This document shows, piece by piece, positions 34,149-43,160 of a stretch of DNA of 64,000 bases; the stretch's first letter is position 1, and every line of letters starts with the position of its first letter. Made by a program: the position numbers and the translations under genes. Source of the stretch: an uncultured Candidatus Cloacimonadota bacterium (lineage in GTDB: Bacteria > Cloacimonadota > Cloacimonadia > Cloacimonadales > Cloacimonadaceae); contig CAZOVZ010000004.1 in NCBI GenBank assembly GCA_964583755.1, positions 4,179-68,178 of the forward strand, given 5' to 3'. Under the pieces are notes generated by a model. The model was not told the DNA's origin and did no database searches. It worked only from the letters and a program-made list of their open reading frames with translations.

Positions 34149-36086
34149 ATGGGAGCAAGCGTACGTCACTCCACGAGACCGGAAGACAGGATCTCGTTTC
34201 AGCAAAAGCTGGCCTATTCGATAGGCATGTTTGTGAACAACCTGCAGGCAGCAGCCCTGCCGGCAATGGTCGTCATCCTCAACCTGGGGCTGGGGATGGA
34301 CGTGGTTTTGGTGGGCCTGATCGGCTCGATTCCTCGGATCTTCGACGCTGTCTCGGACCCCATCATGGGATTCATTTCGGACAACCACCGCGGCAGGTGG
34401 GGACGCCGCCGGCCCTTCATCTTTGCCGGCGCCCTGCTGGCCGGATTGATCTTCGCCGTGATGTGGCAGTTGCCCTCCGGCTATGTGGATTTCCTGGGCA
34501 AAGACCCTGTGGCCAAGCACCAGGCGATCACAACGGAAACCAGCGAAGCGACGGTGAACGAACAGGGCGGCCTGGGCATCAAGTATGACCCCGAACATCC
34601 CGACGTGTCGTTTGTACTCTACGGGCCCAAACTGCTGTCCACGCAGGCCGGATCAACTTTCGCATCCAACCTGGGCGGATTTCCGCAGGTCGAAATGAAC
34701 GTGGACATCCCCGCCCATAAGACCCTTAAAGTGGCCATGATTGAGGCCGGCATCCCCAATCCGGAGACCTATGCCGTGGATCTTGCCCCGGAGAAATCCC
34801 AGGACGGAAAAGGCAACCTCTACAAATTCAAGGTAGCCGACCTGAAGCTGGTTGAAACGGCCGGAGGAAACCAGACCCTGGACATTCAATCGGTGGGCAG
34901 CGTGGTGGTCAGCATCACCGGGTTGGAAGGCACCGGCACGGCCACCCTCAGTTCCATCAAGCTCCGCAAGCACGAAGGATTCTTCACCAAGTACTTCATC
35001 TATTTCCTGATCATGTCCATCCTCTTCTTCCTGGCCTATACGGTCTACGCCACGCCCTTTGTGGCTTTTGGCTATGAGATGACTCCGGATTACCACGAAC
35101 GGACCAGGCTGCACGCCTTTGCCAATACCGTCGGCCAACTGGCCTGGCTGGGGGTGCCCTGGTTTTACGCCATCATGTCCAGCGCCCTGTTCCGGGATTC
35201 CGTGCACGGGGCGCGCACCCTGGCTATCTTTGTGGGTATCGCAGTGGCGGCATTGGGTGTTATTCCGGCAATTTTCCTGCGGGAAACCCAAGTCCTCGAG
35301 CCGGTGCAAAAAGTGGCCAAAGGCGTGTGGAAAAACCTGGCGGAGTTCTTCAGCGGGATCAAGACCACCTTCAAATGCAAGCCCTTTGTCCAGATCTGCG
35401 GGGCGACCTTCCTGGTGTTCAACGGATTCCAGCTGGGAGCTTCATTCTCGCTCTACGTGATGATCTATTACCTCTTCAACGGCAACAACTCCAGCGCGGG
35501 CAAGCTGATGGGCTGGTATGGTATGCTGACCTCCATCGCCACCCTGGGAGTGATCCAACTCACCGGCTGGATCGCCACCCGGATCGGCAAACAGAAGACC
35601 TTCCTGCTCACGATCAGCCTCTCGCTGATAGGATTCGCGCTCAAATGGTTTGGATACAATCCCGCCCATCCCTATTGGTTGCTGTTCGCCGCGCCCTTTG
35701 TGGCGTTCGGCACGGGATCCCTGTTCACCCTGATGGGGGCGATGATCTCCGACGTCTGCGATTACGACGAAGTCACGACCCATCAGCGCCGGGAAGGCGT
35801 GTTCGGCGCCATCTACTGGTGGATGGTGAAGATCGGGATGTCCCTGGCCGGGCTGCTGACCGGCGTGCTGCTGAAAATATCGAAGTTTGATCTCGCCCTG
35901 GGCTCCGGACAGGAAGAACGCACCCTGTTCCTGCTGAGGGTGTTCGATGTCACCATACCCCTGATCACCTCGGCGATAGCGATCCTGATCATTGCCAGAT
36001 ACACTCTGACAGAAGACAAGGCCTACGAGATTCGCGGCATCCTGGAAGCCCGCCGCAAAAAGACGCCCGAACCCGCGGAGAATTAG
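34149..36086 (+). CDS. GPH-family (MelB-like) glycoside:cation symporter with a ~170-aa inserted extracytoplasmic domain
   Basis: AAGGGAG RBS. GPH signature FDAVSDPIMGFISDNHRGRWGRRRPF. There are 12 TM-like segments, but residues ~111-279 between TM3 and TM4 are hydrophilic and beta-rich. Confidence 0.8.
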   Translation: MGASVRHSTRPEDRISFQQKLAYSIGMFVNNLQAAALPAMVVILNLGLGMDVVLVGLIGSIPRIFDAVSDPIMGFISDNHRGRWGRRRPFIFAGALLAGLIFAVMWQLPSGYVDFLGKDPVAKHQAITTETSEATVNEQGGLGIKYDPEHPDVSFVLYGPKLLSTQAGSTFASNLGGFPQVEMNVDIPAHKTLKVAMIEAGIPNPETYAVDLAPEKSQDGKGNLYKFKVADLKLVETAGGNQTLDIQSVGSVVVSITGLEGTGTATLSSIKLRKHEGFFTKYFIYFLIMSILFFLAYTVYATPFVAFGYEMTPDYHERTRLHAFANTVGQLAWLGVPWFYAIMSSALFRDSVHGARTLAIFVGIAVAALGVIPAIFLRETQVLEPVQKVAKGVWKNLAEFFSGIKTTFKCKPFVQICGATFLVFNGFQLGASFSLYVMIYYLFNGNNSSAGKLMGWYGMLTSIATLGVIQLTGWIATRIGKQKTFLLTISLSLIGFALKWFGYNPAHPYWLLFAAPFVAFGTGSLFTLMGAMISDVCDYDEVTTHQRREGVFGAIYWWMVKIGMSLAGLLTGVLLKISKFDLALGSGQEERTLFLLRVFDVTIPLITSAIAILIIARYTLTEDKAYEIRGILEARRKKTPEPAEN

Positions 36087-36095
36087 GATACGGCC

Positions 36096-37763
36096 ATGAA
36101 CGCGCTGCCGGTAAAGCGGAATTTGCTCTCGTTGCTGCTGTTGGGGCTGCTTTGCGGCCTGGCGGGACAAAACTCAACTTCCGAGATCTTGCTGACCTCC
36201 GCCGCCGGCGACAGGCTGGCCCGGCAGGAAAACGTGACTTTCGTGGCCGGCGAAGCGGAAGGGGTGGTCCTGCGCGTATTTCCGGAGCAGTTGAGGCAGA
36301 CCCTGGCCGGGATCGGCACCTCCTTCACCGAATCCTCCGCGTACGTGCTGGCCCAGCTCGACCCCGCCCGGCGCGCGGAAGTGATGCAAAACGTCTACGG
36401 GAGCGAAGGCGCCAATTTCAGCCTGACCCGCACCCATATCGGCGCCTGCGACTTCACCCTGAAAGGCCGATATTCCTATGCCGATGCCGGACTGGAGAAC
36501 TTTTCCATTTCTCCGGACCGGGAAGGCTTTGACCCGGCGGAACATCCCCGGATCAAAGACCCCGCCTACGACCTGCTGCCCATGATCAAAGAAGCTTTGG
36601 CGGTCAAAGCCAGGCAGGCGGACGGGGAACTGAGGATAGTAGCCTCGGCCTGGACGGCCCCGGCCTGGATGAAAGACATCGAAACCTGGTATGTCCCCGG
36701 CGGCCCCGCCAACAACTGGCAGGGCACCGGGGGCACTTTGAAGCCCGAATACGAAAGAAGTTACGCGGAGTATCTGATCGCCTACCTCGACGCCTATCGG
36801 GCGGAAGGGGTCAAGCTCTGGGGCCTGACCCCGGTCAACGAGCCCTACGGGGTCAACGGCCAGTGGGAAAGCATGAATTTCACCCCGGAAACCCAGCGGG
36901 ATTTCATCAAACACCATCTGGGCCCGCTGCTGCGCGAGGGCGGCTATGGCAACCTCAAGCTGCTGGTCTACGACCAAAACCGGGACGGTCTGGAGCACTG
37001 GACAGACGTCGTCTACGCCGATCCGGAAACCACGCCCTATTTGTCCGGAGCGGCGATCCACTGGTATGAAAGCACCGTCAAAGTTTATGAGGACGTCCTG
37101 GACCGGGTCCACGCCAAACATCCCCAGTTTGACATCATCCACACCGAAGGCTGCATCGACGACCTGGGCAAAGACGCCCCCGGCGGGGTAACCGACCCGG
37201 CGGGCTTCAAGGAATCCGGCTGGTTTGGCAATGACGCCTTCTGGTGGAGCAAAACCGCCACCGACTGGGCCTACTCGGTGACCTGGGAAGGCACCAAGGC
37301 GGAAGACCATCCCATGTACACGCCGGTCCATCGCTATGCCCGCAACGTCATCGTGAGCCTGGATCACTGGCTCAGCGGCTGGATCGACTGGAACATCGTG
37401 CTGGACAGCCAGGGCGGTCCCAATCACGTGGGAAATTTCTGCGGAGCCCCGATCATGGTCGACACGGCCACCCAGCAGGTCTACTATACGCCGGTGTACT
37501 ATGTTTTGTCCCAGTTCAGCCGCACGATCCGCCCCGGCGACCGGGCCGTGCAGACCAAACTTGACCGGGCCGGGCTCGGCGCCGACGACCTGCATGCCTG
37601 CGCCACGCTCAACGCCGCCGGGCTGCTCAGCGTTCAACTTTTGAATACCACCGGCCGCCAGATCGCTTTAACGCTGCAGATCGGCGATTCCCACGCGGAG
37701 CTGAACATCCCCGCCAACGCGGTGCAGACCGTGCGCGTGCAGTTACCAATTGATCGCCAATGA
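36096..37763 (+). CDS. GH30 glycoside hydrolase (beta-1,6-glucanase/glucosylceramidase-like), secreted
   Basis: Signal peptide MNALPVKRNLLSLLLLGLLCGLAGQ. GH30-type motifs ASAWTAPAWMK, WGLTPVNEP and IIHTEGC. Confidence 0.8.
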   Translation: MNALPVKRNLLSLLLLGLLCGLAGQNSTSEILLTSAAGDRLARQENVTFVAGEAEGVVLRVFPEQLRQTLAGIGTSFTESSAYVLAQLDPARRAEVMQNVYGSEGANFSLTRTHIGACDFTLKGRYSYADAGLENFSISPDREGFDPAEHPRIKDPAYDLLPMIKEALAVKARQADGELRIVASAWTAPAWMKDIETWYVPGGPANNWQGTGGTLKPEYERSYAEYLIAYLDAYRAEGVKLWGLTPVNEPYGVNGQWESMNFTPETQRDFIKHHLGPLLREGGYGNLKLLVYDQNRDGLEHWTDVVYADPETTPYLSGAAIHWYESTVKVYEDVLDRVHAKHPQFDIIHTEGCIDDLGKDAPGGVTDPAGFKESGWFGNDAFWWSKTATDWAYSVTWEGTKAEDHPMYTPVHRYARNVIVSLDHWLSGWIDWNIVLDSQGGPNHVGNFCGAPIMVDTATQQVYYTPVYYVLSQFSRTIRPGDRAVQTKLDRAGLGADDLHACATLNAAGLLSVQLLNTTGRQIALTLQIGDSHAELNIPANAVQTVRVQLPIDRQ

Positions 37764-38848
37764 ACAGGCTTACCCCTCTACTGCTGGCATTGATCGCTGT
37801 TTTGTGCGCGTCCTGCGGCCAAAACAGGCTGATCCCCGCGGAAGCTCCGGCCGGGGTGAAACTGCTGCTGGAATCGGATCAGGCGATCGAAGCCGAAGAA
37901 CCTTTCATTGCCCGGGATTTCAACCTTCAACCTTACGGCCAGAAGCTGGGCCTGGCAGCCTCCTACGGCTGCTACCGCGAGGGCCAGGCTCCGGGGATCA
38001 AAGGCCCCAGCCGGGCCCAGATCCTCCAGGATCTGCGAATCATCGCGCGGTATTGGAACCTGATCCGGGTCTACAACGCTGACGACGACACCCAGCGCGT
38101 CCTGGAAGTGATCCGCGACTTCGAGCTGCCGTTGAAGGTGATGCTGGGCGTCTGGCTGGAAAACGAAGAAGGCCGGCCCGCGGCCAAAGCCTCCAACATC
38201 GCCAACGTCCTGCGGGGGATCGCGCTCGCCAACGAGTTTCCCGCTCAGGTCGCGGCTGTGAACGTGGGCAACGAGACCCAGGTCTACTGGTCCGGGCATC
38301 GGCTGCAAAGAGAGCTGCTGGTGAGTTACCTTCGGGCCGTCCGGGACTATACCTCAGTACCCGTCACCACTGCCGACGACTACAATTTTTGGAACCAGGC
38401 CGAAAGCCTGGAGCTGGCCCGGGAGCTGGATTTCATCGTGATCCACGCCTATCCGCTGTGGAACGGCAAAACGCTGGATACCGCGATACCCTGGCTGGAC
38501 GCCACCTTCCGCGCGGCGCAACAGGCTCATCCCGGCAAACTGCTGGTCCTGGGCGAGGTTGGCTGGGCCACCGCCTATGACCCCGGCAAGAAAGGCGACG
38601 GCGAACAGGGCACGCTGGTCAAAGGCGAAGTGAGCCTGGCGGCCCAGGAGAGGTTTCTTTCCGAACTCTCCGATTGGGCGCGGAACAACGCTGTGACCTG
38701 CTTTTGGTTTGAAGTTTTCGACGAACCCTGGAAGGGCGGGGGGAAAGCCACCGCCGCCTACGAAATAGAAAAAAACTGGGGCCTGTTCTACGCGAACCGC
38801 GACCCCAAGCCATCCTTCACCAGTTACCTGAACAACCAAGGAAATTAA
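37760..38848 (+). CDS. GH17-like beta-1,3-glucanase/transglycosylase lipoprotein
   Basis: ATGA overlap with the GH30 stop. Lipobox LIAVLCASC. Motifs AVNVGNETQVYW and LVLGEVGWATAY resemble the GH17 acid/base and nucleophile regions. Confidence 0.6.
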   Translation: MNRLTPLLLALIAVLCASCGQNRLIPAEAPAGVKLLLESDQAIEAEEPFIARDFNLQPYGQKLGLAASYGCYREGQAPGIKGPSRAQILQDLRIIARYWNLIRVYNADDDTQRVLEVIRDFELPLKVMLGVWLENEEGRPAAKASNIANVLRGIALANEFPAQVAAVNVGNETQVYWSGHRLQRELLVSYLRAVRDYTSVPVTTADDYNFWNQAESLELARELDFIVIHAYPLWNGKTLDTAIPWLDATFRAAQQAHPGKLLVLGEVGWATAYDPGKKGDGEQGTLVKGEVSLAAQERFLSELSDWARNNAVTCFWFEVFDEPWKGGGKATAAYEIEKNWGLFYANRDPKPSFTSYLNNQGN

Positions 38849-38873
38849 CATCCGATCTCATAAGGAGAAAACC

Positions 38874-40256
38874 ATGAAAAACTTGATCATCCTCAGCCTG
38901 GCGCTGTTCATCGTTTCGATGAGCTCTGTTTTGTTCGCGCAAAACGCGCCGATCAACTACGAACCGGGCGGCCAGGGAGCCAGTTGGACCTGGACCGTAT
39001 TCGAAAATGGCACCAATCCGCCGGTGCAGATCATTGCCAATCCCCACGCGACGGGGATCAACACCTCCGCCAACGTGGCCCAGTTTACGGCCCTGGTGGC
39101 AGGCCAACCCTGGGCGGGCTGCGAATCCCAACACGGCGCCGACATCGGCACTTTCACCTTCACCACCAGCAACTGCACCGTCAAGATGATGGTCTACAAG
39201 ACCGTGATCAGCGACGTGGGGATCAAATTCGCCTCCAGCAGCGGCGCTTCTACCGGCGAGATCAAGGTGCCGAACACCCTGATCAACCAATGGGAAGAAC
39301 TTACTTTCGATTTTTCCACCCGCATCGGCGAGACCAACGACCAGATCATCGTCTTCCCGGATTTCAACCTGGCCGGCAGAACCGCCGACAACGTGATCCT
39401 GTTCGACAACATCACCTTCTCGCCCCAGGTCGCCATCCCGGAGCCGGACCAGCCGGCGCCCACCCCCAACTTTGCCGCGGCCGACGTGATCTCGCTGTTC
39501 AGCAACGCCTACACCAACGTGCCGGTGGATACCTGGTCCGCCAGTTGGGACCAGGCGGACGTGGCCGACGTCATGATCGACGGCAACGCCACCAAGCTCT
39601 ACAGCAACCTGGTCTACGCCGGGATCGAATTCACCTCGCAGACCATCAACGCCACCGCCATGACCCACTTCCACATGGATATCTGGACTGCCGATCCCAC
39701 CGCCCTCCCAGCAGCTTTCAAGATCAAGCTGGTGGATTTTGGCGCCAACGGCGTCTGGAGCGGCGGCGATGACGTCGAACACGAACTGACCTTCGACGCC
39801 AACTCCACTCCGCCATTGGTGAGCAACGCCTGGATCGGATTCGACATCCCCCTGGCGAATTTCACCAATCTGACCACCGTGGGGCATCTGGCCCAACTGA
39901 TCATCTCCGGAACCCTCAGCACCGTCTATGTGGACAACATCTATTTCCATAGCGGCGGCTCCGCCAACGGCGACCATACCCAGGCCCCCGTGCCCGCCGT
40001 TTTGGGCGATTGCCGGCCCAATCCTTTCAAACCCGACACCACGATTGAGTATCAGATCGAAAAATCCGCCCAGGTCAGCCTCAAGGTCTACGACCTCAAA
40101 GGACGCCTGGTGGAAACCTTGGTGGATGGCTACCAGCCAGCCGACAGCTACAGCCGGATCTGGAATGCCGAAACCGCCCCCAGCGGGGTCTATTTTTACC
40201 GCCTGACGGTGAACGGCGTGCCCGTCGCCAGCAAGCGGATGACCCTGCTTAAATAA
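38874..40256 (+). CDS. secreted tandem CBM-like (putative glucan-binding) protein with T9SS-type CTD
   Basis: TAAGGAG RBS. Signal peptide MKNLIILSLALFIVSMSSVLFAQ. Two beta-sandwich-like modules are paralogous to modules of 40287..43058. The CTD is CRPNPFKPDTTIEYQIEKSAQVSLKVYDLKGRLVETL...SGVYFYRLTVNG...MTLLK. Confidence 0.7.
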   Translation: MKNLIILSLALFIVSMSSVLFAQNAPINYEPGGQGASWTWTVFENGTNPPVQIIANPHATGINTSANVAQFTALVAGQPWAGCESQHGADIGTFTFTTSNCTVKMMVYKTVISDVGIKFASSSGASTGEIKVPNTLINQWEELTFDFSTRIGETNDQIIVFPDFNLAGRTADNVILFDNITFSPQVAIPEPDQPAPTPNFAAADVISLFSNAYTNVPVDTWSASWDQADVADVMIDGNATKLYSNLVYAGIEFTSQTINATAMTHFHMDIWTADPTALPAAFKIKLVDFGANGVWSGGDDVEHELTFDANSTPPLVSNAWIGFDIPLANFTNLTTVGHLAQLIISGTLSTVYVDNIYFHSGGSANGDHTQAPVPAVLGDCRPNPFKPDTTIEYQIEKSAQVSLKVYDLKGRLVETLVDGYQPADSYSRIWNAETAPSGVYFYRLTVNGVPVASKRMTLLK

Positions 40257-40286
40257 AACCCCAATCAGCTTGCAAAGGAGCTATCA

Positions 40287-43058
40287 ATGAAAGCGAAAAA
40301 CCTGTTACTGGCGATGCTCATGCTGGCGTTCTCCGCCATCATGTTCGCCCAATACACCACCGTGGATTTTGAACCGGCGGGCCAGGGAGCTGACTGGACC
40401 TGGATCGTGGGAGAAAACGCCGATAATCCGATTATGCAGTTCCCCGCCAATCCTGTCAGCGGCGGGATCAACACCTCTGCCACCGTCGCCCAGTTCACCG
40501 CTCGTGCGGGAGGACAACCCTGGGCTCTTTGCTTTACCGATGGCATCGCGCCGTTCCAGTTCAACTCCACCAACGCCATCTTCAAGATCATGGTCTACAA
40601 AACCTTGATCAGCCCTGTGGCTGTGAAGTTTGAAACCGGCAGCACCCCCATCCAACTTGAGGTATCCAACACCCTGATCAACCAATGGGAAGAGCTGACC
40701 TTCGACTTCACCGGTTCCATCGGCAATTCTTACAGCCGAATGGTCATCATCCCCGATTTCGCGGCCAGGACCGAAGATCATACCATCTATCTCGACAACA
40801 TCCGTTTACCGCAAGGAAACGTGGCGCCTCCGGCGGTGCCGACCGTGGCCGCCCCCACCCCGACGGAAGCGGCCGCGGACGTGATCTCGCTGTTTAGCAA
40901 CGCCTACACCAACGTGACAGTCGATACCTGGTCCGCCAGTTGGGATGGGGCTGATGTGGCCGATGTCCAAATCGCCGGCAATGACACCAAACTCTATACC
41001 AACATGACCTTCGCCGGGATCGAATTCACTACCCAGACGATCGACGCCACCGCCATGAACCATTTCCACATGGATATCTGGACCCCAAACCCCACAGCGT
41101 TGCCCAATGTGTTCAAGATCAAGCTGGTGGATTTTGGGGCAAACGGAACCTACGGCGGAGGCGATGACTGTGAACACGAACTGACCTTCGACGCCAACTC
41201 TGCCCCCCCGCTGGTCACAGCCAGCTGGATCAGTTACGACATCCCCCTCACCGCCTTCACCAACCTGGTCACCAAAGGCCATCTGGCCCAGTTGATCATC
41301 TCTGGCAACCTCAGCACCGTGTATGTGGACAATGTCTATTTCTTCGTGGCTGCGCCTGCCGGCAATGATGCCACCCTCAGCGACCTCACGGTCAACGGCG
41401 CCACCATCGCCGGGTTCCTGCCCACCACGCTCATCTACAGCTATGAAGTGCCCTTCGGCGGCAGTACGCCCACTGTAGGCGCCACAGCCAACGATCCCAA
41501 CGCCGCTTATGTCATCACCCAGGCTTCGGCGGTCCCGGGATCCGCAACAGTGGCGGTAACCGCGGAAGACGGCTTCACCACCCTCACCTACACAGTGAAC
41601 TTCACCATGGACGCCGGTTTTCCGACAGTCGCTCCGCCCGAACCCACCGAAGATTCCGAAGACGTGATCTCCATCTACAGCGATTACTATGGCAACGTCC
41701 CCGGCACCAACTTCAACCCCGGGTGGGGCCAACAGACCATCGTGACCGTGGATTGCCCGGTCGCCGGCGTCAATACCCTGCGTTATGAGAACCTCAACTA
41801 CCAGGGCACCGAGTTCACAAGTCAGGATGTTTCCGCCTATGAATTCCTCCATGTGGATTTCTGGACCGGCAATTCCACCGCCCTCAGCTTCTTCCTGATC
41901 AGCCCCGGCGCTGAAACCCCCTACGTCCTGCCGATCACTCCAGGACAGTGGGTCAGCGCGGATATCCGCCTCGACAGCTATGTGCCGCCAGTCAACCTGG
42001 CCAACGTGTTCCAGTTCAAAGTGGTCGGCAACGGAGATGTCTGGCTGGCCAACCTCTACTTCTGGAAAGAGCCCACACCTCCCGGTTCGGATGCCACCCT
42101 GGCCGATCTGAAAGTCAACGGGACCACTATCAGCGGATTCGCGCCCCTCTCCGAAAGTTACACCTACGGATTGCTGGAAGGCACTGTCGCCGTTCCCCAA
42201 ATCACCCAAGTTGCGACCACGGATCCCGGCGCCACCTACATCATCACCCAGGCCACGGCCATCCCCGGCACAGCCACGGTTGCTGTCACCTCCCAGAACG
42301 GGCTGGTCCACAAGACCTACAGCGTGCACTACGCCATCGTCTGGCCAAACTCCGTGCCTCCGCTTCCCACCGAACCCCAGGCCAGCGTCATCTCCCTGTT
42401 CAGCGACCAGTATGCCAATGTGGTCGTGGATACCTGGCTTACCCCCTGGTCCCAGGGAACCTACGAAGAAGTGGTGGTCGCCGGTAATCCGGTGAAGAAA
42501 TACACGCTGCTGAACTACACCGGGATTGAGACCGCGGGAGCCAACCTGATCGATGTCGCCGGCATGACCCACGTGCATGTGGACATCTGGTCTCCCGACG
42601 CCAATGATTTCAAGATCAAGCTGGTCGACTGGGGTGCCGACGGCGCCTGGAGCGGCGGTGACGACTCCGAGTTCGAGCTCACCTATCCCGCTCCCGCCTC
42701 CGCGCAGTGGATCTCCTACGATATCCCCCTGACGGCCTTCACCGGGCTGAACATCACCGGCCACATGGCGCAGTATATCCTGTCCAAGGGCCCGCTGGGC
42801 ACCATGTACTTGGATAACCTCTACTTCTATGCCGGCCAACCCGCCGGACCGGGCAACGTCGGCATCGTCAGAACCGCCGAAACCGTTACGGTTAGTTGGG
42901 GTACCATCGCCGGAGCCACTTCCTACACCGTCTATGGCGCGGACGACCCCTACGGGACCTATACCCCCGCGTTGGGCGGCACCTACAATGGCACCAGCTG
43001 GACAGCCCCCATCACCGGTTCCGCCAGATTCTACCGCGTGACCGCAAACATCGATTGA
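40287..43058 (+). CDS. secreted multi-module CBM-like / cadherin-like / Fn3 surface protein (paralog of 38874..40256, no CTD)
   Basis: AAAGGAG RBS. Signal peptide MKAKNLLLAMLMLAFSAIMFAQ. The repeated module is VISLFSNAYTNV.VDTWSASWD.ADVADV.I.GN.TKLY.N...AGIEFT.QTI.ATAM.HFHMDIWT...FKIKLVDFGANG. Two DATL.DL.VNG..I.GF cadherin-like segments. C-terminal Fn3-like ...VSWGTIAGATSYTVYG.... Confidence 0.7.
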   Translation: MKAKNLLLAMLMLAFSAIMFAQYTTVDFEPAGQGADWTWIVGENADNPIMQFPANPVSGGINTSATVAQFTARAGGQPWALCFTDGIAPFQFNSTNAIFKIMVYKTLISPVAVKFETGSTPIQLEVSNTLINQWEELTFDFTGSIGNSYSRMVIIPDFAARTEDHTIYLDNIRLPQGNVAPPAVPTVAAPTPTEAAADVISLFSNAYTNVTVDTWSASWDGADVADVQIAGNDTKLYTNMTFAGIEFTTQTIDATAMNHFHMDIWTPNPTALPNVFKIKLVDFGANGTYGGGDDCEHELTFDANSAPPLVTASWISYDIPLTAFTNLVTKGHLAQLIISGNLSTVYVDNVYFFVAAPAGNDATLSDLTVNGATIAGFLPTTLIYSYEVPFGGSTPTVGATANDPNAAYVITQASAVPGSATVAVTAEDGFTTLTYTVNFTMDAGFPTVAPPEPTEDSEDVISIYSDYYGNVPGTNFNPGWGQQTIVTVDCPVAGVNTLRYENLNYQGTEFTSQDVSAYEFLHVDFWTGNSTALSFFLISPGAETPYVLPITPGQWVSADIRLDSYVPPVNLANVFQFKVVGNGDVWLANLYFWKEPTPPGSDATLADLKVNGTTISGFAPLSESYTYGLLEGTVAVPQITQVATTDPGATYIITQATAIPGTATVAVTSQNGLVHKTYSVHYAIVWPNSVPPLPTEPQASVISLFSDQYANVVVDTWLTPWSQGTYEEVVVAGNPVKKYTLLNYTGIETAGANLIDVAGMTHVHVDIWSPDANDFKIKLVDWGADGAWSGGDDSEFELTYPAPASAQWISYDIPLTAFTGLNITGHMAQYILSKGPLGTMYLDNLYFYAGQPAGPGNVGIVRTAETVTVSWGTIAGATSYTVYGADDPYGTYTPALGGTYNGTSWTAPITGSARFYRVTANID

Positions 43059-43160
43059 ACTAACCGGGGCCTGGCCAACCCAGGCCCCCGCTGATTTGGA
43101 ACCCAAAGCGTCCGCGCCGCCGCACCCGGCAGTGCGGGCCGCTTTGGGCTTCAGACGGCG

